This document shows, piece after piece, positions 17,211 through 26,367 of a stretch of 33,933 bases of DNA. The translations under genes and the position numbers were made by a program. Source of the stretch: an uncultured bacterium. GTDB taxonomy: Bacteria > Ratteibacteria > UBA8468 > B48-G9 > JAFGKM01. Location: positions 1-33,933 of the forward strand of contig CAZCUO010000049.1 in NCBI GenBank assembly GCA_964502135.1, written 5' to 3'. The notes under the pieces were generated by a model. The model made no database searches and had not been told where the DNA came from. It worked only from the letters and a program-made list of their open reading frames with translations. Position 1 is the first letter of the stretch, and the number at the start of each line of letters is the position of its first letter.

Positions 17211-18262
17211 AAAATATTTTAAAGAGATTAAAAATAAGAAATTTTGTTTCATTTGTTTCTTTCTGGATTATTCTTTTCCTTTATTTACTAGCAATATTTG
17301 CTGACTTTATAGCGCCCTACCCTTTTAACAAACAGTTTAGAGATTATCCTTTATGCCCTCCAACAAAAATTCATTTTTTTGATAAAAATAAAAGATTCCA
17401 TTTAAGACCATTTGTATATGAATATAAACTTGTAAATCCTGCTTTAAATAAATATGAAATTTTGACAGAAAAAATCTGTCCAATTTATTTTTTTGTTAAA
17501 GGAGAAAAAAGAAAAATTCTCGGTTTATTTTATTCTGATAGATATTTATTTGGAACAAAAGAAGGGAAAATTTTTATTTTTGGAACAGATATTCATGGAA
17601 GAGATATATTTTCAAGAATTTTATATGGAGCAAGAATTTCCCTTTCAATTGGAATAATAGGTGTTTCAATATCTTTTTTTCTTGGTTTTTTAATAGGTGG
17701 TATTTCGGGATATTTTGGGGGGAAAATAGATAATATAATAATGCGTATAGTTGAAATTTTTATGATGTTCCCTTCTTTTTATCTAATGCTTTCTTTACGC
17801 GCTGCTTTCCCAATCAATCTTTCATCTTTTCAAATATATCTTTTAATAGTTATTATACTTAGTTTCATTGGTTGGGCTGGATTAGCAAGAATTATAAGAG
17901 GAATGGTTTTATCAATAAAGGAAGAAGAATATGTTCTTGCATCAAAAGCCCTTGGATTATCAACTTTCAAAATAATTTTCAAACATATAATACCAAATAC
18001 ATTTTCTTATTCAATTACAGCCATAACTCTCTCTATTCCAGGTTATATACTAGGAGAATCAACTTTAAGTTTACTCGGTCTTGGAATTCAAGAACCATAT
18101 CCAAGTTGGGGAAATATGCTTTCTGTTTGTATTGGGAATTTAAGAATCCTATCAACTGCTCCATGGATGTTAACTCCCGGGTTTTTCATTTTCTTAACAA
18201 TAATTTCATTTAATTTTCTTGGTGATGGATTAAGGGATGTTCTTGACCCTAAAAATTGGTAA
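17207..18262 (+). CDS. ABC transporter permease, DppC/OppC family
   Basis: 351 aa. TM segments, GTDIHGRDIFSRILYGARISL, and the EAA-like loop region. ATGA overlap with the upstream permease. Confidence 0.85.
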   Translation: MKNILKRLKIRNFVSFVSFWIILFLYLLAIFADFIAPYPFNKQFRDYPLCPPTKIHFFDKNKRFHLRPFVYEYKLVNPALNKYEILTEKICPIYFFVKGEKRKILGLFYSDRYLFGTKEGKIFIFGTDIHGRDIFSRILYGARISLSIGIIGVSISFFLGFLIGGISGYFGGKIDNIIMRIVEIFMMFPSFYLMLSLRAAFPINLSSFQIYLLIVIILSFIGWAGLARIIRGMVLSIKEEEYVLASKALGLSTFKIIFKHIIPNTFSYSITAITLSIPGYILGESTLSLLGLGIQEPYPSWGNMLSVCIGNLRILSTAPWMLTPGFFIFLTIISFNFLGDGLRDVLDPKNW

Positions 18263-18264
18263 AA

Positions 18265-19215
18265 ATGGAAGAAATTTTAAAATTGGAGAATATTTGTGTC
18301 GGAAATGAAGAATTGAAAATTTTAAAGGATATAGATTTTTCTATTAAAAGAAATGAAATCGTTTCTATAGTTGGAGAAAGTGGATGTGGGAAAAGTATGA
18401 CATTAAGAACAATTATAAAGTTACTACCAAAAAATTTAAAAATTTTAGATGGAGAAGTAATTTTTGAAGGAATAAGGTTAAAAGATTTAAATGAAAAAGA
18501 AATGAATAAAATAAGGGGGAAAAAAATAGGAATGATTTTTCAGGAACCATCGTCATATTTAAATCCACTTTTTACAATTGGAAATCAAATAGAAGAAGCA
18601 ATAAGAGAAAATTTAAATAAAGAGGAAAAAAAAGAAAGAGTTATGAAAGTTTTAGAAGAAACAGGACTTTCTGCTAATGTTTATTATCAATATCCCCATC
18701 AACTAAGTGGAGGAATGCAACAAAGGGCAATGATAGCAATGGCATTAATAAATAACCCTTCTTTACTTCTCGCAGATGAACCTACAACCTCTTTGGATGT
18801 AACAACTGCTTTTACTATAATAAATCTTCTTAAAAATCTTGTAGACCAACATAATCTTTCAATTCTATTGGTGACTCATGACATTTCTCTTGCAAATTAT
18901 ATTTCAGATAGAATCATTGTTATGTATGCAGGGATAATTGTAGAAACTGGGAAAGCAAAAGAAATTTATGAAAATCCACTTCATCCATATACAAAAAAAC
19001 TTATAGAGTGTCTACCAGAAAAATATAAAAAGGGAGAAAAAATAAAAACAATTGAGGGTGAAGTTCCGCTACTTAAAAATCTATTTCCTGGATGCCCTTT
19101 TTCTCCAAGATGTGATTATAAAATGAAAATATGTGAAGAAAAAGTTCCAATTGAAATAAATTTTGAAAATAGAACTTTAAGGTGTTTTAAATATGGAGAT
19201 ATTGTGGAAAGTTGA
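18265..19215 (+). CDS. ABC transporter ATP-binding protein, DppD/OppD family
   Basis: Walker A GESGCGKS, signature LSGGMQQR, Walker B LLLADEPTTSLD, and the C-terminal oligopeptide-transporter domain (HPYTKKLIECLP). I chose the ATG at 18265 over the upstream TTG at 18256. Confidence 0.85.
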   Translation: MEEILKLENICVGNEELKILKDIDFSIKRNEIVSIVGESGCGKSMTLRTIIKLLPKNLKILDGEVIFEGIRLKDLNEKEMNKIRGKKIGMIFQEPSSYLNPLFTIGNQIEEAIRENLNKEEKKERVMKVLEETGLSANVYYQYPHQLSGGMQQRAMIAMALINNPSLLLADEPTTSLDVTTAFTIINLLKNLVDQHNLSILLVTHDISLANYISDRIIVMYAGIIVETGKAKEIYENPLHPYTKKLIECLPEKYKKGEKIKTIEGEVPLLKNLFPGCPFSPRCDYKMKICEEKVPIEINFENRTLRCFKYGDIVES

Positions 19216-19951
19216 GAATTTAAAAAAAGAGTATGAGATAAGAACTGAATTTAAAAAAGAAAAGATAATTGTTCTTAAAAATATAAATATTGAAATCTTT
19301 AAAGGAGAAATTTTTGGTCTTGTTGGCGAAAGTGGTTCAGGTAAAACAACATTTGGTAAAGTTCTTATAAGGTTAATTGAACCTGACCAAGGTAAAATAT
19401 TCTATAAAAATATTGACATAACTGAAATACCAGAAAAAATTTTAAGAAAATATCGTAAAAACTTCCAAATTATTTTTCAAGATCCATATAAATCATTAAA
19501 TCCGAGAATAAGATGTGGATATGCTGTAATGGAGGGTATTGAAGGAAACGTGAAAGAAAAAATTGAAAAAGCAATAGAAATATTAAATCTTGTTGGAATC
19601 AAAAAAGAGAGATTTAATGATTATCCCCATCAATTCAGTGGTGGAGAAAGACAGAGGATAGCAATAGCAAGAGCATTATCTACAAATCCAGAATTTATTG
19701 TCTGTGATGAACCTACTTCAAATCTTGATGTTTCAATACAAGGGCAGATTTTAAATCTTTTTATTGATTTAAAAGAGAAATTTAATTTGACATATCTCTT
19801 TATTACACATAATCTAAAAATTGCGAGATTCCTTACTGATAGAATTGCTGTAATGTTTAAAGGAGAAATCGTTGAAATTGGGAAAACTGAAGAAATATTT
19901 AAAAATCCATCTCATCCGTATACAGAAAAATTATTGAAAAGTGAAATATAA
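19193..19951 (+). CDS. ABC transporter ATP-binding protein, DppF/OppF family
   Basis: Walker A GESGSGKTT, signature FSGGERQR, Walker B FIVCDEPTSNLD, and a C-terminal HPYTEKLL. Confidence 0.85.
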   Translation: MEILWKVENLKKEYEIRTEFKKEKIIVLKNINIEIFKGEIFGLVGESGSGKTTFGKVLIRLIEPDQGKIFYKNIDITEIPEKILRKYRKNFQIIFQDPYKSLNPRIRCGYAVMEGIEGNVKEKIEKAIEILNLVGIKKERFNDYPHQFSGGERQRIAIARALSTNPEFIVCDEPTSNLDVSIQGQILNLFIDLKEKFNLTYLFITHNLKIARFLTDRIAVMFKGEIVEIGKTEEIFKNPSHPYTEKLLKSEI

Positions 19952-20000
19952 TTTTTAACTAAACCTTATCATAGTAAAATATGTCTAAAATTAGAGGAAA

Positions 20001-21572
20001 ATGGGAAAAATTAAACTTTTTTGGTTTTTAATTCTGGCTCTAATAACTTTTACAAGGATTTTATGTTGTGAAAATTTTAACCAAGTTTATGAACAAAAAG
20101 ATTGGACTATTCCAGAAAATGGAATTGATAGGTATGTGTTTTCAAATTTAAATAAACTTGGAATCACCCCTGCCTTTCAATGTTCTGATTATGTTTTTAT
20201 AAGAAGAGTTTACCTTGATATAGTTGGCACAATTCCAGAACCAGAAGAAGTAAAAAATTTCATAAATGATAAAAATCCGGAAAAAAGAAAAATTTTAATT
20301 GATAAACTACTTGATAAAGAAGAATTTGCTGAATATCTATCAATGAAATTCTGTGATATATTAAGAATAAAATCTGAATTTCCAATTAATCTATGGCCAA
20401 ACGGTGCTCAGGCATATTATAATTGGATTTTACAATCTTTGAAAGAAAATAAGCCATATGATAAATTTGTAAGGGAAATCTTAACCTCAAGTGGTAGTAA
20501 CTTTAGAAATCCAGCAGTTAATTTTTATAGAGCAGTCCAGGGGAAAACCCCTGAATCAATTGCACAAGCAGTTTGTTTAACATTTATGGGTGTAAGATAT
20601 GAGAAATTACCTGAAAATGTTAGAAAAAATTTAAGTAAATTCTTTTCAAAAATTTCTTATAAGAAAACGCTTGAATGGAAGGAAGAAATTGTTTATTTTA
20701 ATCCCGAGAACAATGAAATAATTGAAGCAGTATTTCCTGATGGAACTAAAGTTAAAATTCAACCTGATAAAGATCCAAGAATTGTTTTTGCTAACTGGTT
20801 AATAAATGAAAATAATCCATATTTTTCCAAAAATATTGTTAATAGAATTTGGTCATGGCTATTTGGGAGAGGAATAATTCACGAAGTTGACGATATAAGA
20901 GAGGATAACAAACCATCAATTCCAGAACTTTTGAATTATCTTGAAAGAGAATTTATAAGGTCAAATTATAATATAAAACATATTTATCGCTTAATATTAA
21001 ATTCAAGAACATATCAACAATCCTTTATTCCACAAAGTAAAAATCCAGATATAGAAAAATATTTTGCATATTATCCGCCAAGAAGACTTGAGGCAGAAGT
21101 TTTACTTGATATATTATGTAAAATAACACAAAGTGGAATTGAATATATAAGCCAAGTCCCTGAACCATATACAATTATCCCACCGGATAGAAAAAATATA
21201 TTACTTTATGATGGAACTATAACAAATGATTTTCTTGAACTTTTTGGAAGACCTCCAAGGGATACTGGCTATGAATCAGAAAGAAATAATGAAATAAGTG
21301 TTGAACAATTAAGGTATTTATTAAATTCTTCTTCATTATTTAAAAAAATACAGTCAAGTCCATATATAAAGAAAATAATTGTTGATTCAAACTGGAATAA
21401 AAGGAAAACTATTGAAAATATTTATTTGGCCTTGCTTTCACGATATCCAACGGTATCAGAAATTGAAATTCTTGAAAATTATTTTAACAAAAAAGGATTA
21501 AATTTTAATCAGGCGGTTGAAGATATTGTGTGGGCTATAATAAATAGTAAGGAATTTCTATATAAACATTAA
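20001..21572 (+). CDS. secreted DUF1549 + DUF1553 (PSD1-type) domain protein, without cytochrome domain
   Basis: Signal peptide present. DUF1549-like: RRVYLDIVGTIPEPEEVKNFINDKNPEKRKILIDKLLDKEEFAEYLSMKFCDILR. DUF1553-like: NRIWSWLFGRGIIHEVDDIREDNKPSIPELLNYLEREF...IYRLILNSRTYQQS. Terminal WAIINSKEFLYKH. Confidence 0.7.
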   Translation: MGKIKLFWFLILALITFTRILCCENFNQVYEQKDWTIPENGIDRYVFSNLNKLGITPAFQCSDYVFIRRVYLDIVGTIPEPEEVKNFINDKNPEKRKILIDKLLDKEEFAEYLSMKFCDILRIKSEFPINLWPNGAQAYYNWILQSLKENKPYDKFVREILTSSGSNFRNPAVNFYRAVQGKTPESIAQAVCLTFMGVRYEKLPENVRKNLSKFFSKISYKKTLEWKEEIVYFNPENNEIIEAVFPDGTKVKIQPDKDPRIVFANWLINENNPYFSKNIVNRIWSWLFGRGIIHEVDDIREDNKPSIPELLNYLEREFIRSNYNIKHIYRLILNSRTYQQSFIPQSKNPDIEKYFAYYPPRRLEAEVLLDILCKITQSGIEYISQVPEPYTIIPPDRKNILLYDGTITNDFLELFGRPPRDTGYESERNNEISVEQLRYLLNSSSLFKKIQSSPYIKKIIVDSNWNKRKTIENIYLALLSRYPTVSEIEILENYFNKKGLNFNQAVEDIVWAIINSKEFLYKH

Positions 21573-21582
21573 GGAGCAAAAC

Positions 21583-22863
21583 ATGAAAAAGTTAAAAATT
21601 TTAATTCTTCTAATCTTGTTTACTGAGTTTTGTTTTTCTCAATCAAATATAAAACCAAAAGCAAAATCTGTTATTCAAATATGGCTATGGGGAGGTCCAT
21701 CACACCTTGATACATTTGACCCAAAACCAAATGCAGGTTATGATTATACAGGTCCTTTTAAATCAATCCCTACAAATGTTCCTGGTATTGAAATAAATGA
21801 ATTACTTGTAAATCTTTCAAAAATTGCAGATAAATATTCAATAATAAGAAGTATGACACATGGAATAAATGGACATGAAACAGCAACGTATCTTATGCAA
21901 ACAGGCCATTATTCTGAAGAGCGTCTTGTGTATCCTGCAATAGGAGCAGTTGTTTCTCTCTTTAAAGGATATGATTATGGTTATAAGGGAATTTTACCAC
22001 CATATATAGTTTTAACCACTCCTCTTGGTAGATTTTCAGAATGTGGCTTTCTTGGTTCAAAATATAAACCATTTGTTACAGGAGGAGACCCAAGTAAAGT
22101 TCCATTTGCAGTAGAAGGTATTGTTCTTGAAGGTGTAAGTGAAGAAAGAAAAAGTTATAGAAAAGAACTTATTCATTCAATAGATATGCTTGGTAAATTT
22201 TTTCCATGGTGTAAGGATTTTGAGATTTTTGATATGTGTAGAAAAAAGGCATATGAATTGATTGAAGGAGAAATTGCGAAGGTTTTTGACCTTAAAGATG
22301 AACCAGAAGAAATAAGAAAAATGTATGGAATGAATAAATTTGGGCAATCATGTCTTGTTGCAAGAAGATTAATAGAGAAAGGAGTTGTTTATGTGACAAT
22401 AAATTATCCTGGATGGGATACCCATAGTAACCATTTTCAACAGATGAGACAGAAACTGCCGGAACTTGATGCTGGACTTTCTGCTTTACTTATTGACCTT
22501 TCAAATAGAGGTCTTCTTGATACAACCATTGTTTGGGTTAGCGGTGAATTTGGTCGTACTCCTAAAATTTCATGGGAACCTCCATGGAATGGAGGAAGAG
22601 GCCACTATGGTAATTGTTTTTCTGTTCTTGTTGCAGGTGGTGGATTTAAGGGAGGATGTGTTGTTGGTGCAACTGATGAAAAAGGAGAAAAAGTTATAGA
22701 TAGACCTGTTTATCCAAAGGATTTACTTGGAAGTATATATTATCTTCTTGGAATTGACCCTGAAGGGTATTTTCCAAAAAAATTTGGGGAAAATATAAGA
22801 ATTTTACCTCCTATTGAAAAAGGAGAAAAAAAAGGAATTTTAAAGGAGATAATGAATGAATAA
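21583..22863 (+). CDS. secreted DUF1501 family protein (sulfatase / alkaline-phosphatase-like fold)
   Basis: Sec-type signal peptide. Motifs: VIQIWLWGGPSHLDTFDPKP, GWDTHSNHF, SGEFGRTPKI, which are the hallmarks of DUF1501. Confidence 0.75.
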   Translation: MKKLKILILLILFTEFCFSQSNIKPKAKSVIQIWLWGGPSHLDTFDPKPNAGYDYTGPFKSIPTNVPGIEINELLVNLSKIADKYSIIRSMTHGINGHETATYLMQTGHYSEERLVYPAIGAVVSLFKGYDYGYKGILPPYIVLTTPLGRFSECGFLGSKYKPFVTGGDPSKVPFAVEGIVLEGVSEERKSYRKELIHSIDMLGKFFPWCKDFEIFDMCRKKAYELIEGEIAKVFDLKDEPEEIRKMYGMNKFGQSCLVARRLIEKGVVYVTINYPGWDTHSNHFQQMRQKLPELDAGLSALLIDLSNRGLLDTTIVWVSGEFGRTPKISWEPPWNGGRGHYGNCFSVLVAGGGFKGGCVVGATDEKGEKVIDRPVYPKDLLGSIYYLLGIDPEGYFPKKFGENIRILPPIEKGEKKGILKEIMNE

Positions 22864-25093
22864 AAAAATTTTTCTTTTTCTCTTTATATTTTCTACAAAA
22901 TTTTTAATTGCTCAAAGAACAATAAATGAACCATCAATTGGATATATTTATCCTGCAGGTGCACAAGTGGGAAGTTTTTTTGAAATAATCGTAGGTGGCC
23001 AAAATTTAAGAGGAGCAAAGGAAGTATATTTTTCAACACCAGATATAAAAATTGAAGAAGTTATTTATGTGCCTAATTTAAGTCCACAACAAAAGCAGCG
23101 TTTGAGTAGAGAAATAAGAAATGTATTTAGAAAAAGATATAGAAGAGATTATGTTGAGGAAAAATCAAAGGATGAGGTAAAATTGCCTGACCACCCATTA
23201 TTAAAAAATATAGAAGAAAAAACAAATGAGGAACTTATAAAACTTATTGAAGTTTTTTTAACCCCATTTAGAAGGGAACAGATTAAAAGATCTATACAGG
23301 AAAAGGTTATAATAAAGGGCAAAATATTAGAAAATGCAAAACCAGGAATTTATCAGTTAAGAGTAATAAATCCATCAGGTATGACAAATCCATTAAATTT
23401 TTATATAAGTGAATTCCCTGAAGTAAAGGAAAAAGATGACTTACCATTTCCACTTTTAAATTCACTCATCAAAAAAGAAGAAATTTTTGATATACCTTTA
23501 ATAATAAATGGTCAAATTACTGCAGGGGATATTGATAGATTTAAATTTAGAGCCAAAAAAGGCCAAAAAATAGTTATTGAAGTTAAAGGTAGGGAAATTA
23601 TTCCATTTATGGCAGATGCTGTTCCTGGATGGTTTCAACCTGTTTTAATACTTTATGACTCAAAAGGAAGGGAAATAATTTATTCAGATGATTATTATTT
23701 TAATCCAGACCCAACAATATTTTATGAAGTTGATGAAGATGGTGTATATACTGTAGAAATAAGAGATGCTTTATATCGTGGGAGAGAAGATTTTGTTTAT
23801 CGTCTATTTATAGGAGAAAAACCATATATAACGCATATATTTCCAGCAGGTGGAGAAAAATATAAAAAAGCAATTGTATCAATATATGGATGGAATCTTC
23901 CTGTAAAAAAAATTGAACTTGATACAGATTATAGAGAAAATGGAATTTATAAAAAAAATTTTATCTTTAATGGATTATCAACAAATGCAATTTTTTATAT
24001 GATTAATGACTTACCTGAATTCATTGAAAAAGAACCAAATGATACATTGAAAAATGCAAATGAGATTAGATTGCCAGTAGTTATAAATGGTATAATCTCA
24101 AAAAGGGAAGATGTTGATATTTACAAATTTAGATGTAAAAAAGGTTTTAAAATTGTCATTGATGTTTATAGTAGGCGACTTGGTTATCCATGTGATACCT
24201 ATATATGTATTATGGACAAAAATGGAAAATTATTAATTTCAAATGATGATTATATAGACAAAAACTTTGATTTAATAACTCATCATTCAGACTCTTACAT
24301 TTATTATGAAATACCAGAAGATGGAATATACTATCTTAAAATTATTGATATACAACAAAACGGAGGTAGTGAATATATATATAGAATTAGGGTAAGTGAA
24401 GCAAAACCAGATTTTAACATTTTCGTTTTTCCTTCATCATTAAATATTTCTCGTGGTGGAACAATACCATTTAATATTTATATCGTAAGAAAGGATGGAT
24501 TTAATGAAGATGTAGAAATCTATTTAAAAAATTATCCCAAAGGATTAAAGATTAGTAGTAACAAAATTCCAAAAGGGAAAGATAAAATTTCATTAACTAT
24601 AACTGCTGATTCTTCATTTACTCCTAACAAGCCCTTTCCCATTGAAATCATTGGAAAAGCAGAAATAAATGGTGAAATTGTTGAAAAAAAAGCAATTCCA
24701 TGTGATGAAGTTATGCAAGCATTTGCATATTTTCATTTTGTTCCAGCAGACGAATTATTTGTTTTTATAAAAAGGCAATTTCAGAATATTACCATTACTT
24801 TGGATCAAGAAGAACTTAAAATACATCCTGGAGAAAAAATAAAAATTACTGGAAAAATCACAGGTTTCAACCAAAACGAAAAAATTATTCTTGAAGTTAA
24901 AAATCCATCCGAAGGAATTACAATTTCTGACATTAAAATTGAAAATAACAAAATAACTTTTGATTTAATCATTGACAGTAAATTAAAACAGGGATTCAAA
25001 GATAACATAATAATTGAGATATTTAGAGAAATGGCTAATGGTCAAAAAATATCCTCTGGGTTTCTTCCTGCTTTAAGTTTGGAGGTAATTTAA
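22856..25093 (+). CDS. secreted protein with two pre-peptidase C-terminal (PPC)-like domains
   Basis: 745 aa with a signal peptide. Two segments fit the PPC pattern: ING.I..GDIDRFKF.AKKGQKIVIEV...DSKGREIIYSDD, and EPNDTLKNANEIRLPVVINGIISKREDVDIYKFRCKKGFKIVIDV...DKNGKLLISNDD. 8-nt overlap with the DUF1501 gene. Confidence 0.6.
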   Translation: MNKKIFLFLFIFSTKFLIAQRTINEPSIGYIYPAGAQVGSFFEIIVGGQNLRGAKEVYFSTPDIKIEEVIYVPNLSPQQKQRLSREIRNVFRKRYRRDYVEEKSKDEVKLPDHPLLKNIEEKTNEELIKLIEVFLTPFRREQIKRSIQEKVIIKGKILENAKPGIYQLRVINPSGMTNPLNFYISEFPEVKEKDDLPFPLLNSLIKKEEIFDIPLIINGQITAGDIDRFKFRAKKGQKIVIEVKGREIIPFMADAVPGWFQPVLILYDSKGREIIYSDDYYFNPDPTIFYEVDEDGVYTVEIRDALYRGREDFVYRLFIGEKPYITHIFPAGGEKYKKAIVSIYGWNLPVKKIELDTDYRENGIYKKNFIFNGLSTNAIFYMINDLPEFIEKEPNDTLKNANEIRLPVVINGIISKREDVDIYKFRCKKGFKIVIDVYSRRLGYPCDTYICIMDKNGKLLISNDDYIDKNFDLITHHSDSYIYYEIPEDGIYYLKIIDIQQNGGSEYIYRIRVSEAKPDFNIFVFPSSLNISRGGTIPFNIYIVRKDGFNEDVEIYLKNYPKGLKISSNKIPKGKDKISLTITADSSFTPNKPFPIEIIGKAEINGEIVEKKAIPCDEVMQAFAYFHFVPADELFVFIKRQFQNITITLDQEELKIHPGEKIKITGKITGFNQNEKIILEVKNPSEGITISDIKIENNKITFDLIIDSKLKQGFKDNIIIEIFREMANGQKISSGFLPALSLEVI

Positions 25094-26266
25094 ATGGAAA
25101 AAGATAAAATTGATTTTAAAAATATACCTGTCAGGGTTAACTGGTCAAAATTCAAGGGAATTTCTGGAACTGAAGAATATTATTTCACATTTACACCAAT
25201 TACACTTGAAAAATTTGAAATTCAGTTAAACTGGATACAAAAAGCATATTTAGAAGTATTAAATTTTTTAAAACTTGAAAAAGAGACATCGGTTTTTAGA
25301 AGATTTTTTTGCAGTGATTTATTTAACCAAAAAAAATATTTAGAGGAATTTGAAATTTCCAATTTTCATAATAATTCTAATTCTGTTTCAATTTCTTTTA
25401 TAAATCAACCACCTTCTTTTCCTGCAAGAGTTTCTCTTTTGGCATACCATATAAATGATAGAAAGATTGAAAAATTTTTTGAAAATAATACATTGTCAAT
25501 AAAAAGAAACGAACTTATACATAACTGGACAACAGGAATTACATATACTGAAACTAAATCTGTTTACCAGCAAACAAGAAAAGTTATTGAGAAATATATT
25601 GAAATTTTAAAGAAAAAAAATATGAGTATTTCTAAGAATGTTATAAGAACTTGGTTTTTTATTCAGAATATAGATACAAATTATAAAGAATTTGTCATTG
25701 CAAGAAGGGAAATTTATGCTGAAAATGGATTGACTGAAAAAACACATTATATTGCAAGTACAGGAGTTGAAGGTTCTTATTATGATTTAAAAGCAAAAGT
25801 TTTATTGGATGCATATTCAGTTTATGGTATTAAAGAAAAACAAATTAAATTTTTATCAGCACCTGAATATTTAAGCCCAACATATATTTATGGAGTTACT
25901 TTTGAAAGGGGAGTTTCAATTAATTATAATGATAGAAAACATATTTTTATTTCAGGAACAGCGAGTATAAACAATAAAGGAGAAATTTTATATAGTGGAA
26001 ATATTGAATTGCAAATTGAGAGAACTTTAACAAATATAGAAGCACTATTGAAAAATGAAAATGCAAAACTTGAGGATATTATGGTATTTACTGTTTACAT
26101 TAGAGATCCTTTTGATTTTTATATTGTTGAAAATAAATTTAAAGAAAAGTTTAGTAGAACACCCACAATAATTGCGAATGCAAATGTATGTAGACCCGGC
26201 TGGCTTGTAGAAATAGAGGCAATAGCAATAATTCCTGCCAATAATCCTGAACTCCCTCCCTTTTAG
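25094..26266 (+). CDS. chorismatase-like protein (FkbO/Hyg5/XanB2 family, YjgF/RidA fold)
   Basis: 390 aa. Motifs: VIRTWFFIQNIDTNYKEFVIARREIY, IASTGVEG, FISGTASINNKGEILYSGNIELQIERTLTNIEALL, TVYIRD, CRPGWLVEIEAIAI. These follow the motif order I recall for FkbO-type chorismatases. The ATG directly abuts the upstream TAA. Confidence 0.55.
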   Translation: MEKDKIDFKNIPVRVNWSKFKGISGTEEYYFTFTPITLEKFEIQLNWIQKAYLEVLNFLKLEKETSVFRRFFCSDLFNQKKYLEEFEISNFHNNSNSVSISFINQPPSFPARVSLLAYHINDRKIEKFFENNTLSIKRNELIHNWTTGITYTETKSVYQQTRKVIEKYIEILKKKNMSISKNVIRTWFFIQNIDTNYKEFVIARREIYAENGLTEKTHYIASTGVEGSYYDLKAKVLLDAYSVYGIKEKQIKFLSAPEYLSPTYIYGVTFERGVSINYNDRKHIFISGTASINNKGEILYSGNIELQIERTLTNIEALLKNENAKLEDIMVFTVYIRDPFDFYIVENKFKEKFSRTPTIIANANVCRPGWLVEIEAIAIIPANNPELPPF

Positions 26267-26290
26267 CCCACCTCGGAGGTGGGATGCGGG
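26252..26290 (+). repeat. GC-rich palindromic element, copy C (core hairpin CCCACCT-cgg-AGGTGGG at 26267-26283)
   Basis: ctccctcccttttagCCCACCTcggAGGTGGGatgcggg. The stem begins at the base after the TAG stop (26264-26266), so the C-rich left arm lies inside the CDS 3' end. Further G-rich runs (gagggatttgg) follow up to about 26315. Confidence 0.65.
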
Positions 26291-26331
26291 AATTATTGAG
26301 AGACGAGGGATTTGGAAATGAGGTGTTTATT

Positions 26332-26360
26332 TTGACAGGAAAGGAGAAAAAATATAAACT
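26332..26360 (+). promoter_or_regulatory. putative promoter (TTGACA-17 nt-TAAACT) placed for a leaderless epimerase mRNA
   Basis: -35 TTGACA at 26332-26337, 17-nt spacer, -10 TAAACT at 26355-26360. The ATG at 26368 is 7 nt after the -10. The only GGAG (26343-26346) is 21 nt upstream of the ATG, too far to act as an SD. Confidence 0.4.
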
Positions 26361-26367
26361 TAAATTT

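Noticed and set aside
3508-26290. The three repeats as a CRISPR array or as integron attC sites.
   Set aside because: The copies are more than 11 kb apart, so this is not an array. The ends (tatcaac ... gtttgat) fail the RYYYAAC / GTTRRRY core consensus. The flanking genes form functional operons rather than cassettes, and no integrase is present.
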